IMG/VR virus record: IMGVR_UViG_3300021432_000036
Location: 1-25,836 of that record
Strand: one strand, 5' to 3'
DNA length: 25,836 bases
From: a virus
Taxonomy: Duplodnaviria > Caudoviricetes
Position numbers and translations under genes: made by a program. The notes under the pieces were generated by a model, which was not told the DNA's origin, searched no databases, and saw only the letters and a program-made list of their open reading frames with translations. Every line of letters begins with the position of its first letter. Positions within the stretch are counted from its first letter, which is position 1. Positions 8,278 through 17,386 of this stretch are shown piece by piece.

Positions 8278-9531
8278 TTAATAGCCGTTGCTGTCAACTG
8301 TGGCATTGTCCTTATCTACCTCTTCCCAAGCATCAAATGCACCAGCACCGACTTTTTTGGTTGAGACTTCTCGCCTTCCAGATGTTTCAGAATTACTTAA
8401 ATCCTTTGTGTTGTGTAACTTACCTTGTATGTCATCACGACCCTTTTGAAATGAAGTTTTCTTCAACTCTTTTAAAGCATCTTGCCCTAAATACTTATTC
8501 AGCATAAAATCAACAACGTCTTTCGAGTTACTTTGAAACGCCTTGCGTACTTCACCCGATTCCCATTGTTTCTGTATATACTGACGAGCATTGTCAGGTA
8601 TTTTAAAACCCATGAATGTTTTGGTTTCTGCCAAAATATTTAATACTTCTTTACTTTCTTTTTCATATTGCTGTTGCAACATGGTAGTTCTTGCGGCAGC
8701 TTCGTTTTTAGCATCTTCTACTATTTGACTTTCCGTAGTTGCACGTACATTTTCTAAATCTTTGCGTAGTCCGTAGGCTTCACTTTCTAATTTGCCTTCG
8801 TCTTTAAGGATTTCCATCTTTTCATCAATCCGGTCAGCCTCCCATCCTCTCGCTTCAAAATCTTTACGCAAAAGAGATTCGTTATCTAATACCAGAACTT
8901 CATCAATTCTTTTTAATGGATTGATAAAATCTTCGATTGTATTTTGTGGATTAGCATTTAAGTATTCAATAGCCTTTTGAGCCTGTGGAGTTAGCTTTTC
9001 TAACTCTATTTTACTTGCTTCTGCCTTTCCTTCTTCTCTTGCTTGTTGTTTAATAGTATCTATCGATTCTTTGAAAGCCTCGTAACTGTCTTCCTTGAGC
9101 TCTATACCTAAATCTTTGCCTAAAGTGGACCATGTGCTTTCTGATTCGTCGGATTTTTCAAGTTTAAATCTTGTTTCATCGATTGCAAGTTCTGGAGCCT
9201 TATCTTCTTCGCTAATATCTGTATCCTTTCCAGCAGTGTCATCTTTTTTTGCTTCCTTCTTAATTTCAGCAGTAGTTTCTGGAGTTTTTTCTGCATCTTT
9301 TTTCTCTTTTTCCTCGTCCTTTTGTTCACTTTTAGGCTCATTGGATAATTCTTTTTCTAATTCATCGAAACCTTTGGTAGTAGATGCCTCTTTTGGCATT
9401 TCTTCTACCGATTTGAATGAATCTTGAGTGTTTGAATCTTTATTTACATCATCAAATCCAGAAAAATTGTCTTTTGGTGATGTATTTTCATTTGCTTGCT
9501 CTGTGGCAGCGGTACTTTCTTCCTTTTCCAT
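8278..9531 (-). CDS. Putative capsid scaffolding/assembly protein
   Basis: Acidic low-complexity N-terminus and coiled-coil C-terminal part, immediately upstream of the MCP. Confidence 0.65.
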   Translation of the reverse strand: MEKEESTAATEQANENTSPKDNFSGFDDVNKDSNTQDSFKSVEEMPKEASTTKGFDELEKELSNEPKSEQKDEEKEKKDAEKTPETTAEIKKEAKKDDTAGKDTDISEEDKAPELAIDETRFKLEKSDESESTWSTLGKDLGIELKEDSYEAFKESIDTIKQQAREEGKAEASKIELEKLTPQAQKAIEYLNANPQNTIEDFINPLKRIDEVLVLDNESLLRKDFEARGWEADRIDEKMEILKDEGKLESEAYGLRKDLENVRATTESQIVEDAKNEAAARTTMLQQQYEKESKEVLNILAETKTFMGFKIPDNARQYIQKQWESGEVRKAFQSNSKDVVDFMLNKYLGQDALKELKKTSFQKGRDDIQGKLHNTKDLSNSETSGRREVSTKKVGAGAFDAWEEVDKDNATVDSNGY

Positions 9532-9553
9532 TTTTGTTTGGCTTTAGGTTAAA

Positions 9554-10039
9554 CTAACTATTCATATCGTACTGATCGATAAATTTTTTATCTGATTTTG
9601 GCGTTACCTTTGTAGAAGTAGCTTTAGTTACTGGTTTAGCACCATTCTTTTTTACTACTTTACCCCCCTTTTTTAACATATCATACTTGTCTATAATAGC
9701 TTTCTTATCAGACTCTGGAGTTGCTTTAGTGGATGTTGCTTCAGATACGGTCTTTCCTCCGCCTTCTTTTGCTTCTACCTTACTTCCATCTGCATATCCG
9801 TTCTCTTCCGATTCTTCATGTTCCGTTTTTGCAGAAATTATTTTAAATTCAGCACACATTGATCCATCTTCTTTTTTACGGATAGATGTTTGTTCTACTT
9901 TAAGTTGAACAATATATTCTTCTCCAACTGTCCAATCTTTTATCTCTGGTAATTCTGCATCTGTCAATACAAGAGTATTTGGAAAGTCGAAAATAGATTT
10001 CAACATTGCTTTTGCGGGTGGTAATTTCTTGTCTGCCAT
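9554..10039 (-). CDS. Hypothetical head-module protein with duplicated C-terminal motif
   Basis: Compact beta-rich N-terminal ~70 aa, then two copies of K.V..ATSTK.TP.SDKK..ID.YDM, plus a KKGGKV motif. Confidence 0.6.
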   Translation of the reverse strand: MADKKLPPAKAMLKSIFDFPNTLVLTDAELPEIKDWTVGEEYIVQLKVEQTSIRKKEDGSMCAEFKIISAKTEHEESEENGYADGSKVEAKEGGGKTVSEATSTKATPESDKKAIIDKYDMLKKGGKVVKKNGAKPVTKATSTKVTPKSDKKFIDQYDMNS

Positions 10040-10045
10040 AATTTT

Positions 10046-10279
10046 TTATTTTTTATTTGTTTCCCATGCTCTGATAGTTCCTTTGGCATCCCAAAGCGCA
10101 CAGCATTCTCTTTTAGTTACTGGTTGATTAACTTTTTCGTTAATACAAAAGTTATCTTTAAAATATTCGCAGTTAGAGCAGTTTGTCCCGGTTATACTTG
10201 GAGGGAGAGTTATGAGGTCTACGTTTTTAGCCTTTTTTAAATCTTCTGTTAAAGAACTCTTTTTCGGTGGCTTATTCAT
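10046..10279 (-). CDS. Small HiPIP-like Cys-motif protein
   Basis: NCSNCEYF-x4-C-x8-V-x4-CCALW resembles the HiPIP CxxC..C..CxxW ligand pattern. Confidence 0.5.
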   Translation of the reverse strand: MNKPPKKSSLTEDLKKAKNVDLITLPPSITGTNCSNCEYFKDNFCINEKVNQPVTKRECCALWDAKGTIRAWETNKK

Positions 10280-10372
10280 GCAAATATATTAATTTTTTAA
10301 TTAACTGTACAACTACTACTTATCAACGGTTATATAAAGGATTACTTTAAGTCAAAAAAAAGGCAAAAAAAT

Positions 10373-12625
10373 TTACGCTCCCTTACCTTGATTTTTTATA
10401 AAATCATTCGCTGCTTGCTGTGAATTTAACACATGTTGATTCTGCGCCTTCACCGTTTCAGCGGCAATTTTATTTGTTCCTTTTTGCACTTCCATTTCTT
10501 TTTGATGTTCAAACATTCTCTCATTCATTCCAGCTTGTCCTTCCTGAGCTTGTTGTGCCTGTTGCGCCTGAGCCTGTTGTTGTGCCTCTTGTTGTTGTTG
10601 ATTCATTGTCTGCACTTCTTTCCATCCTTGCTTAACGCAAGCAACCGCTTCTGTCATAGTTTCTGCAAGTTCAAAACCAAGAGCATCCTGTACTCTCATC
10701 TCTTTACTATTAAGAGCAAATTCCATAAGGCCACGAATACGATTTTTAATCTCCTCTTCTTTTCTATTATCAGCTAAATAATATCCGTAATCATCGTAAC
10801 TAATATCTTTTGTAATCTTTAAGAATCCTACCGCATCATCACCTATTATCATTCCCAATTTATCAGGATGAGTAAATACGGTAATCTTAGAATATTCCGC
10901 AACACGTATCAAAATATTTTCTACATACCTATCGAAATAATAATTAAGAGGCTCTGTAATATTTCTTGATCCCTGTACTGCCAACTGGGCATTACCGGAT
11001 GTTTGACTTGCCGCTATTTCACCTTGTCTTTCGTTAGATATTCCAGACAAACGGTCTGCCATATCCTGAAGTTGAACTTTTAGAGTAAGCAGTACTTGCA
11101 TGTTAGAAGAAATACCTAAATCTATTTCACGAATAGAGCCCTGTACCTCTACGCTTGTTCCACTCATATTGCCATCAGCAGAAGAATCATAATCATAAAT
11201 ACCATCGTTGGTAAGTTTGTGCATTACATCCTTCATGGTCTTCCCTTTTGGAAGATATGCTCTATCGTATGTAACCACTTTACCTTTTGCTTTAGCAAGT
11301 TCCCTATTGATCTGGAACATGATAATATTATATATCCTACTTATATTTTCTAATGATTCTAAAATAGAAATACGTATGCCATCCCTTGTATTGAGTAGCA
11401 TGCCAGTATAAGAATACATAGTATTAAATGGATTATCTAAAGAGCCAATTATATTCGGTTTCTCACGCATATTAACGTACATGTCTGCACCTATACGTGT
11501 TGCTTCCCAGATAATCTTTTTGTATTTAGTTTCTATTGTATATTTTCCTTTATTCACATCACTTTGTATCTGGCTATAATTTTTATTATAATAGTCAAGT
11601 GATATAGATTGACGGTAAGGTTCTGCATCAATATTTCGTGGGTCCTTTGATACTTTAGTATAGAATGGCTTTAAAGCATACCACTCTAAAGTATAAACCA
11701 TAACTGCTAAATTCTTTTCTACTAACCGATAGTTCATCCTCCATTGTTCGGAAGATGTATTTACGTTTTGATCCCAACGATCTCTTATCTCATAAAGATT
11801 TTTCTTTTGGTCATCGCTTAATTCAAATTCAGAAAGTATGTCGTGAATGAACATCAAACGAGCTTCTCCCAAATAAGGTGTTTGTCCTAAAAACGGATCA
11901 CGTTCAATCTCTTCCCATATACCATTACGGGGATCAATTTCTCTGAACCGCACATTTCCATCCTTGTCTATTGACACTTTACCAAAACATTCTGCTGTGA
12001 TAAGTACATCTAAATAGTTAGAAGCGAAACGAGTTTTTACATCCTGACCGTAATGATTATTTTCTATAAAGTTTTTTATTAAAGTTTGCATAACAACTTC
12101 GTTACGCTCCTTAATATTAAAGTCTGGCTTTGCGGTAGCTTGATCTGCGCCATCTGCCTGTTTAACTTCCGGCATAGGCATGCCTTCAAAAACATCGTAA
12201 CCTACTAATTGTTTTTGTTTTTCTAATTGCTCTTGCGCTGCTTGTCTGCCTAATAAAAATTCGTAGTTCTGAAGTTTACGTGAACGGGCTTCCTTGTTGA
12301 TAGTATATACTGTTCCCGAAAGTGGTCGTGATAAAAATTCTCCTACCAATCCATCTATCTTAGGGCGTGCCATACGATAGTCTATGTAATTGGCTAAATT
12401 CTCCTTCCCGTATGTCCTGTTCAAATACTCGAAATTCCTTGCGTCCGTAATACCATTGTAGGAATCCATAAGCAATGTCATCTTCTTTATCTGCCTTCTG
12501 CGGTATCCGTTATAGTTATTAACTGCGTAATCAATGCAGTCTTTACAAACCTGCTCTTGCTTATCTATATTCTTGTGTTCGTAAATCTGGGTTCCAACGA
12601 ACCGCTCAGGAGTGCTACTTGACAT
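10373..12625 (-). CDS. Portal protein
   Basis: 750 aa, between terL and the MCP. Contains PKIDGLVGE, LSGISNERQG and a Q-rich C-terminal barrel. Confidence 0.9.
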   Translation of the reverse strand: MSSSTPERFVGTQIYEHKNIDKQEQVCKDCIDYAVNNYNGYRRRQIKKMTLLMDSYNGITDARNFEYLNRTYGKENLANYIDYRMARPKIDGLVGEFLSRPLSGTVYTINKEARSRKLQNYEFLLGRQAAQEQLEKQKQLVGYDVFEGMPMPEVKQADGADQATAKPDFNIKERNEVVMQTLIKNFIENNHYGQDVKTRFASNYLDVLITAECFGKVSIDKDGNVRFREIDPRNGIWEEIERDPFLGQTPYLGEARLMFIHDILSEFELSDDQKKNLYEIRDRWDQNVNTSSEQWRMNYRLVEKNLAVMVYTLEWYALKPFYTKVSKDPRNIDAEPYRQSISLDYYNKNYSQIQSDVNKGKYTIETKYKKIIWEATRIGADMYVNMREKPNIIGSLDNPFNTMYSYTGMLLNTRDGIRISILESLENISRIYNIIMFQINRELAKAKGKVVTYDRAYLPKGKTMKDVMHKLTNDGIYDYDSSADGNMSGTSVEVQGSIREIDLGISSNMQVLLTLKVQLQDMADRLSGISNERQGEIAASQTSGNAQLAVQGSRNITEPLNYYFDRYVENILIRVAEYSKITVFTHPDKLGMIIGDDAVGFLKITKDISYDDYGYYLADNRKEEEIKNRIRGLMEFALNSKEMRVQDALGFELAETMTEAVACVKQGWKEVQTMNQQQQEAQQQAQAQQAQQAQEGQAGMNERMFEHQKEMEVQKGTNKIAAETVKAQNQHVLNSQQAANDFIKNQGKGA

Positions 12626-12645
12626 CTAATTTTGAATTAGTTTAT

Positions 12646-12653
12646 CAAAAGTA
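12646..12653 (-). promoter_or_regulatory. -7 element TACTTTTG
   Basis: TAnnTTTG 21 nt upstream of the portal ATG. Confidence 0.5.
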
Positions 12654-12663
12654 CGAAAAAATA

Positions 12664-13182
12664 TTAAATTATATTAGGACTGCAAAATTCCCCAAAATAT
12701 TTTTCACATGCCTTATTATATGCAATCGCAGCATGCTCTTCTGTTTTATGTGATCCTAAATGAATAGCTATGCCATTAACCTTTATTCCACATTTCCATG
12801 ATTTATAAATATATAAACTTCCATCTTTTCTTATTCGTTTTTTAATTGCTAAAGAAACACCTTTATATTTTGATGAAGCATTTTTTTGTTTTCTTTTATT
12901 CATTGCATTTTGACTCGTAGTGCTTGGCCTTAAATTATGCCTTTGATTATCAAGTCCATTTTTATTTTTATGATCTGTATTTTTTTGACCAGTAATATCT
13001 TGGTGCATCATGCTATATTTTCTTATATCGTCTTCATAAACAGATCTTCTTGCATATAAATTATTCTCGTCTGGAAGTAAATGGTAATTATACTTACTTA
13101 ACCTTTCATAGTCTTCATCATCAACCATTGCAAAATATTTTCCTTTACTTGGCCCTTGTTTAGATAATTCAATTAATTTCAT
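12664..13182 (-). CDS. Free-standing HNH homing endonuclease with AP2 domain
   Basis: HNH motif MHQ..DHKNKNGLDNQRHNLR..QNAMN. AP2 motif SSKYKGVS...HLGSHKTEEHAAIAYN..FGEF. Confidence 0.9.
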   Translation of the reverse strand: MKLIELSKQGPSKGKYFAMVDDEDYERLSKYNYHLLPDENNLYARRSVYEDDIRKYSMMHQDITGQKNTDHKNKNGLDNQRHNLRPSTTSQNAMNKRKQKNASSKYKGVSLAIKKRIRKDGSLYIYKSWKCGIKVNGIAIHLGSHKTEEHAAIAYNKACEKYFGEFCSPNII

Positions 13183-13195
13183 AATATTTATAAAT

Positions 13196-13284
13196 AAAAA
13201 CGCTTTGCCTTTCAGGGTAGTGCATCCTTACTCAGCAAAGCGATTAATAAGTTTTAGTCGGCACTACTCGACTATATAAATATA
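13196..13284 (-). promoter_or_regulatory. Promoter plus kissing-loop leader/attenuator element B
   Basis: TATATTTA at 13277-13284, then hairpin TAGTCG-AGTAGTGC-CGACTA, then hairpin CGCTTTGCT-GAGTA-AGG-ATGCACTAC-CCT-GAA-AG-GCAAAGCG followed by a U tract. Loops GTAGTGC and GCACTAC are complementary, and there is a loop-E-type AGUA/GAA internal loop. Confidence 0.65.
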
Positions 13285-13292
13285 CAAAAAAT

Positions 13293-15314
13293 TTATGTAA
13301 TCTTCCCTTGTGCTATTAAGCGAAGAAATGGATCTTTGATTTCCGACAACTTTTCTTTTGATACTATTGGTCGAAGATGTCCTCCCTCTCTTGAATATGT
13401 TGTTAAGTCATAAGGGTCCTGTGAAATTTCCTGTTGTAAATTTATTGGCTTTTTATTTATATCAGTATGCCTCATAAGTGCTATACCTAAAGCATCAGCA
13501 GCATCCCAATCGGAATCCTTTTGTAACTGATCGTAGTTAAGCAAGTCATCTATCAGATATTTAAACCAGATTTTGTGTCCGTTATATGCAACAAATGTTT
13601 GTAGTAATGATACCATGCGAGGCTTACTAAGTCCAGTAAGGGCTACACCAAATTCATGGGTCTGCTGTGAATTTTCACTTTCAAAACTTGTTGGGCGTGG
13701 TGCTAAATATTTTTGGCAGCCTTTGTCTTTGTAGTATTGTATCACAGCAGCCTTTGCTATATCCACCAAAGTATTTCCTATAAGATTATAATAGATAGAA
13801 AGTTTCAAACAATTTTCATAAAATATTTCTTTGTGCTTGGGGCGATTACGTATCATGGCAATAGGGGACATACTATCCAATCCGGGTATCATGTGTTCAC
13901 GTATCAACACAACCATAGATCCTAATGATTTACTTGTTTGTGAACTGTCCTGATCGTAACTGTCAAGCCCAGAACAATATAAATTCTTGTATCCTAAAAC
14001 AGGAGTATATCCCGGACGAATAAATATTATATTATCTTCCGGCTCTAATTCATCAGCAATCTTTGCTTTAACTTTAAATGGTGTCTTAATACTTCCATCA
14101 TCATTCTTTTCCCACTCCAAAATATATTTTAAGTATGGAGTTGTTGGTGAACTGTCAATAGCATATCCTTGATTGGATAAAATAGTACTGTCGAAATTAT
14201 TACTACTGAAAGTTAAGAATGCTTCCTTGTCTGTTAATGGATAATTCTGTAAATAGTCATAATACTTTTTCTTATTGCGCCCTTTAACAAGTTCTCGTCT
14301 TGTTTCCATTATCACCTTCTCTGCCTCATGTATATCTTCGCAACCGCTAATATTATTATTGCTATCTTTTAATTTTTTTATATTGGGTATGTGTTCTTCC
14401 AATTTGCCCTTCTCATTTTTACTTCCTCCGAAGTACCCAACCATCATACGGGGGCCCATAATTTCAAACTTCATTAATCCGTAATTGTCTGCCTCCAGCC
14501 ACATATCCCTAAAGTCGTGTGATGAAGATTTTATATCTCCTCCAGTGCCGTATAGATACGGAGTTCCGACCATCTTTGTTCCTACCATGAAGCAAGCCTT
14601 AGTAGCATTATATCCTGCTATCAAGTGATCGAACTGCCCGGCCTCCTCAAATATTACATCATTGAACGCATTACCCTTAAAAATATCCGGGTTGTTGTAC
14701 ATGGTCTCGCAGATAACAGTATTAAGACTACCTCTGCTTACCTCCCCGGTATTTGTCATTTCTGTATATCCACAAACCAATTCTTTTGCATTATCTTTTA
14801 AATAGTGCATTTGTAATTCTTTTGGCAAATCTTTATTTACCTTCTTCACCTTATCGAATAATTCCTCACTATACGTTTCTTGCCCGGCGCATATACCTGC
14901 TTTGTATCCTGAATTAGAAAAACGTATTCCATAATCTAAAATAGATTTGCTCTTTTCGCTCATACCTTTACGCCTTGCCTTGATACATATAATTCCTTTG
15001 TTATCTTTTTTTGCTTGCTCTATGAAGTTGAAGTATTCAAGATCTATATCTACAAATTCAGGATGGTGAAGTCCACGACCTACTGTGCTGATAAGAATAA
15101 AATTCAGGTAGTAATAATATCTTCCGGGAATGAATACGCCTCCGGTGGTGTAACCATTTAGGATTCTATGTAGTTGTTCTTTCCACCATTCTTCGTGGGC
15201 CATTGTACCAACAATGGTATGGTTGAGTGTAGAATTTGCGTAATCTGGAATACCATTAACAGCTATCTCGTTGGGGAAAAAACCACGCTTTTTTATTAAT
15301 GGTGTATATGGCAT
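13293..15314 (-). CDS. terL: Terminase large subunit
   Basis: Walker A-like IKARRKGMS, Walker B VIFEEAG, coupling motif YGTGG, and nuclease motifs GLDSYD and DWDAADALG. Confidence 0.92.
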   Translation of the reverse strand: MPYTPLIKKRGFFPNEIAVNGIPDYANSTLNHTIVGTMAHEEWWKEQLHRILNGYTTGGVFIPGRYYYYLNFILISTVGRGLHHPEFVDIDLEYFNFIEQAKKDNKGIICIKARRKGMSEKSKSILDYGIRFSNSGYKAGICAGQETYSEELFDKVKKVNKDLPKELQMHYLKDNAKELVCGYTEMTNTGEVSRGSLNTVICETMYNNPDIFKGNAFNDVIFEEAGQFDHLIAGYNATKACFMVGTKMVGTPYLYGTGGDIKSSSHDFRDMWLEADNYGLMKFEIMGPRMMVGYFGGSKNEKGKLEEHIPNIKKLKDSNNNISGCEDIHEAEKVIMETRRELVKGRNKKKYYDYLQNYPLTDKEAFLTFSSNNFDSTILSNQGYAIDSSPTTPYLKYILEWEKNDDGSIKTPFKVKAKIADELEPEDNIIFIRPGYTPVLGYKNLYCSGLDSYDQDSSQTSKSLGSMVVLIREHMIPGLDSMSPIAMIRNRPKHKEIFYENCLKLSIYYNLIGNTLVDIAKAAVIQYYKDKGCQKYLAPRPTSFESENSQQTHEFGVALTGLSKPRMVSLLQTFVAYNGHKIWFKYLIDDLLNYDQLQKDSDWDAADALGIALMRHTDINKKPINLQQEISQDPYDLTTYSREGGHLRPIVSKEKLSEIKDPFLRLIAQGKIT

Positions 15315-15326
15315 AATAATATTTTG

Positions 15327-15651
15327 TGGAGCTGGTGGGAATCGAACCCACGTCCAATATATTTAATTAATTGATTTTATTTAAAGGCTTAGGATATGAT
15401 TTACTAACCATCCAAAATCGGGGTCGATAATTTACCAACCTCTCCACCAGTTAGTTTAATGTTCTAACAAACCACAGAGCTTCTGTTCCCAAAAACTGCT
15501 TACGCAGCCGCTCTCATTTCGGTTATCATTTCGATAACTGGCACATTTTTAGTTTTGCCATTTAATTGTGAAAATAATTTATTAATCGGATATTAACAGC
15601 CGATGCCTTAACCAAAGAACGAACCTATACTGTCAAAAGCCTGTCAGCCCC
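15327..15651 (-). ncRNA. ssrA: tmRNA (transfer-messenger RNA)
   Basis: 5' end GGGGCTGA-CAGGCTTTT-GAC. 3' T-arm GTGGG-TTCGATT-CCCAC followed by CAGCTCC-A. The acceptor stem GGGGCTG/CAGCTCC has the G3-U alanine determinant. The tag frame at 15559-15500 reads GKTKNVPVIEMITEMRAAA*. CCA is not encoded (CAA follows). Confidence 0.93.
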
Positions 15652-15654
15652 TTT

Positions 15655-16191
15655 TTAATCTATTTCAACTATTCCTTGTCTACTCTGTGCAGCTTTAAAA
15701 TCACGCATGTTATTTTGCCACTTCTCTATCCATGTCAGTTCACCTCCACCACGTAATTGTTCTATGTCATCACTCTGATCGATTTGTTTCTGTAACTTAT
15801 CTATCCTATCACCCAAACGCTCTATCGCATCATCTATCTCCTTAATAGTCTTTGCCTTTGTTTCATCGAGCATAGCATCGGACAATAATTTTATTTTGCC
15901 CTTGTACTTAATAACCAATTCCCTGTTATGATCGTACTGCAAACCACGATAGCAGTCAATAGCACTACGTATAACTACACTATCTATTTTATATTTGCTA
16001 TCTCCCCAGACGTGATGCTTTGCCCTGCGTTGCCTTTCTTCTTCCGGCAACTGGTGATAAGGTGAATGATAATCTACAAAAATAATTGTGTAAAGCAATT
16101 CGTCTTCTGTCAGGTCCTTAAACTCAGGACACAACAAAATAGCATCTTTATTTAGTATAACCTTTTTAGATTTGTCGAGAGAGAATAACAT
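15655..16191 (-). CDS. Conserved protein upstream of terL, candidate terminase small subunit
   Basis: 178 aa, helical/coiled-coil, with ELLY.IFVDYHSPY...ERQ. Assignment rests mainly on position. Confidence 0.5.
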   Translation of the reverse strand: MLFSLDKSKKVILNKDAILLCPEFKDLTEDELLYTIIFVDYHSPYHQLPEEERQRRAKHHVWGDSKYKIDSVVIRSAIDCYRGLQYDHNRELVIKYKGKIKLLSDAMLDETKAKTIKEIDDAIERLGDRIDKLQKQIDQSDDIEQLRGGGELTWIEKWQNNMRDFKAAQSRQGIVEID

Positions 16192-16979
16192 TATAATGTT
16201 TGTAGATTATTGTCAGATAAAAAAAGCTCTTTGCTCTTACCATAACTCTTCATTATCATTTTTGCTTCATATAGCATAAAGGGAGCTGGTATCACCTGAT
16301 AAAGCTCCGGATTAATCTCCGGTATGAAAACTATATTTATCCTGCGTGTCTTATAATTAAATTGCCTCTTAAGCATATAGGCATAAGAACTTAACTGAAG
16401 CGCATAGCGTGAATAGCTACAATCACTCAAATGACTTACCGGCTTCTTTAAATACTTACCACGCTTACTATAAAATTCTATTTCACCTTTACTCAAACTC
16501 GTTTTCCAGTCGTACATATCAACAACACTCCTACCTACATAACCAAGATAATCAGTACACCCTGCCACATTATACTCATCAAGATACAAAACCTGCTGAC
16601 AAAAACCCTTCTTATAAGTTCCAAAAATCTCTACCTGCATCCGATCCAACATCTTCTCATACCCTACCGCCTTACTCCCATCCAATAAATATTGCTCTAT
16701 AACACCATCCACAAAACTACCAAAGTCAGTACTGCGTTTATTCTTTTCTTCCCAACCCTTCAAAATACTTTCCTGCCGTATAGTTATCTCTTCATCATTC
16801 TCATTACACTCCAATCTCATTTGACTCTTTGCCATAGACCACGATATAATATTCTTATTGAAATCATTCTTCACACTATCCAATACCCAACTCACCCTAT
16901 CGTACTTCCTACCACCTTCCCCAAAGTACGTATTCTCCAAAGGATCCAAAAATACGCTATGTTCTATCAGCTTCTTCAT
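16191..16979 (-). CDS. PD-(D/E)XK (Cas4/RecB-like) exonuclease
   Basis: AGCTD...MYDWKT and YALQLSSYAYML motifs. Start moved to the ATG at 16979 (MKKLIEHS), which follows the upstream stop at 16981. Confidence 0.8.
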   Translation of the reverse strand: MKKLIEHSVFLDPLENTYFGEGGRKYDRVSWVLDSVKNDFNKNIISWSMAKSQMRLECNENDEEITIRQESILKGWEEKNKRSTDFGSFVDGVIEQYLLDGSKAVGYEKMLDRMQVEIFGTYKKGFCQQVLYLDEYNVAGCTDYLGYVGRSVVDMYDWKTSLSKGEIEFYSKRGKYLKKPVSHLSDCSYSRYALQLSSYAYMLKRQFNYKTRRINIVFIPEINPELYQVIPAPFMLYEAKMIMKSYGKSKELFLSDNNLQTL

Positions 16980-16980
16980 A

Positions 16981-17229
16981 TCACTCTTGAAAATATTTTT
17001 CTCTGTCCACATCCCTCTCAAAAATAAAAACATCTATACGTATACAACTCTCCTTAACCACCTCAAACAAATTAATCACACTACCTCCAACTATCTTCAC
17101 CTCTACCTCAAATGGCCTGCCTTCACCCAACTCCTCACCCATCCTATAGCTATCTTCCAGATACCTATCGTAATCATCAAGATTACCATAAATCCCATAC
17201 TGATTATATATACCCTTTTCCTTTAACAT
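16981..17229 (-). CDS. Hypothetical protein (82 aa)
   Basis: A-rich start context, and it abuts the next gene. Confidence 0.55.
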   Translation of the reverse strand: MLKEKGIYNQYGIYGNLDDYDRYLEDSYRMGEELGEGRPFEVEVKIVGGSVINLFEVVKESCIRIDVFIFERDVDREKYFQE

Positions 17230-17386
17230 TATTTTACATTTATCCTAAAAGTTAAAGGTGCTCCGATAGGATAAAGATCAATCTAACCTAACAAGCACCT
17301 CTCACTTCTCTAATTAAAAAAAGGCTTACACCCAATACAAAAATAAATCTTTTCCCTTTTACTTCAACATAAACAAAAAAAAGATA

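Noticed and set aside
13205-13240. Hammerhead ribozyme-like CTGAGTA...GAAA in element B
   Set aside because: The core deviates from CUGANGA, and there is no third stem or NUH cleavage site. A loop-E motif explains it better.
12626-13292. Group I intron or intein carrying the HNH genes
   Set aside because: The flanking terL and portal genes look complete, and no intron core elements were recognised. The HNH genes appear free-standing.
7041-14484. Short plus-strand ORFs overlapping MCP, scaffold, portal and terL
   Set aside because: They are antisense shadows with no start context or recognisable motifs.
15327-15356. Stand-alone tRNA gene
   Set aside because: The T-arm and acceptor strand pair with a 5' end 325 nt away and enclose a tag ORF, so this is a tmRNA.
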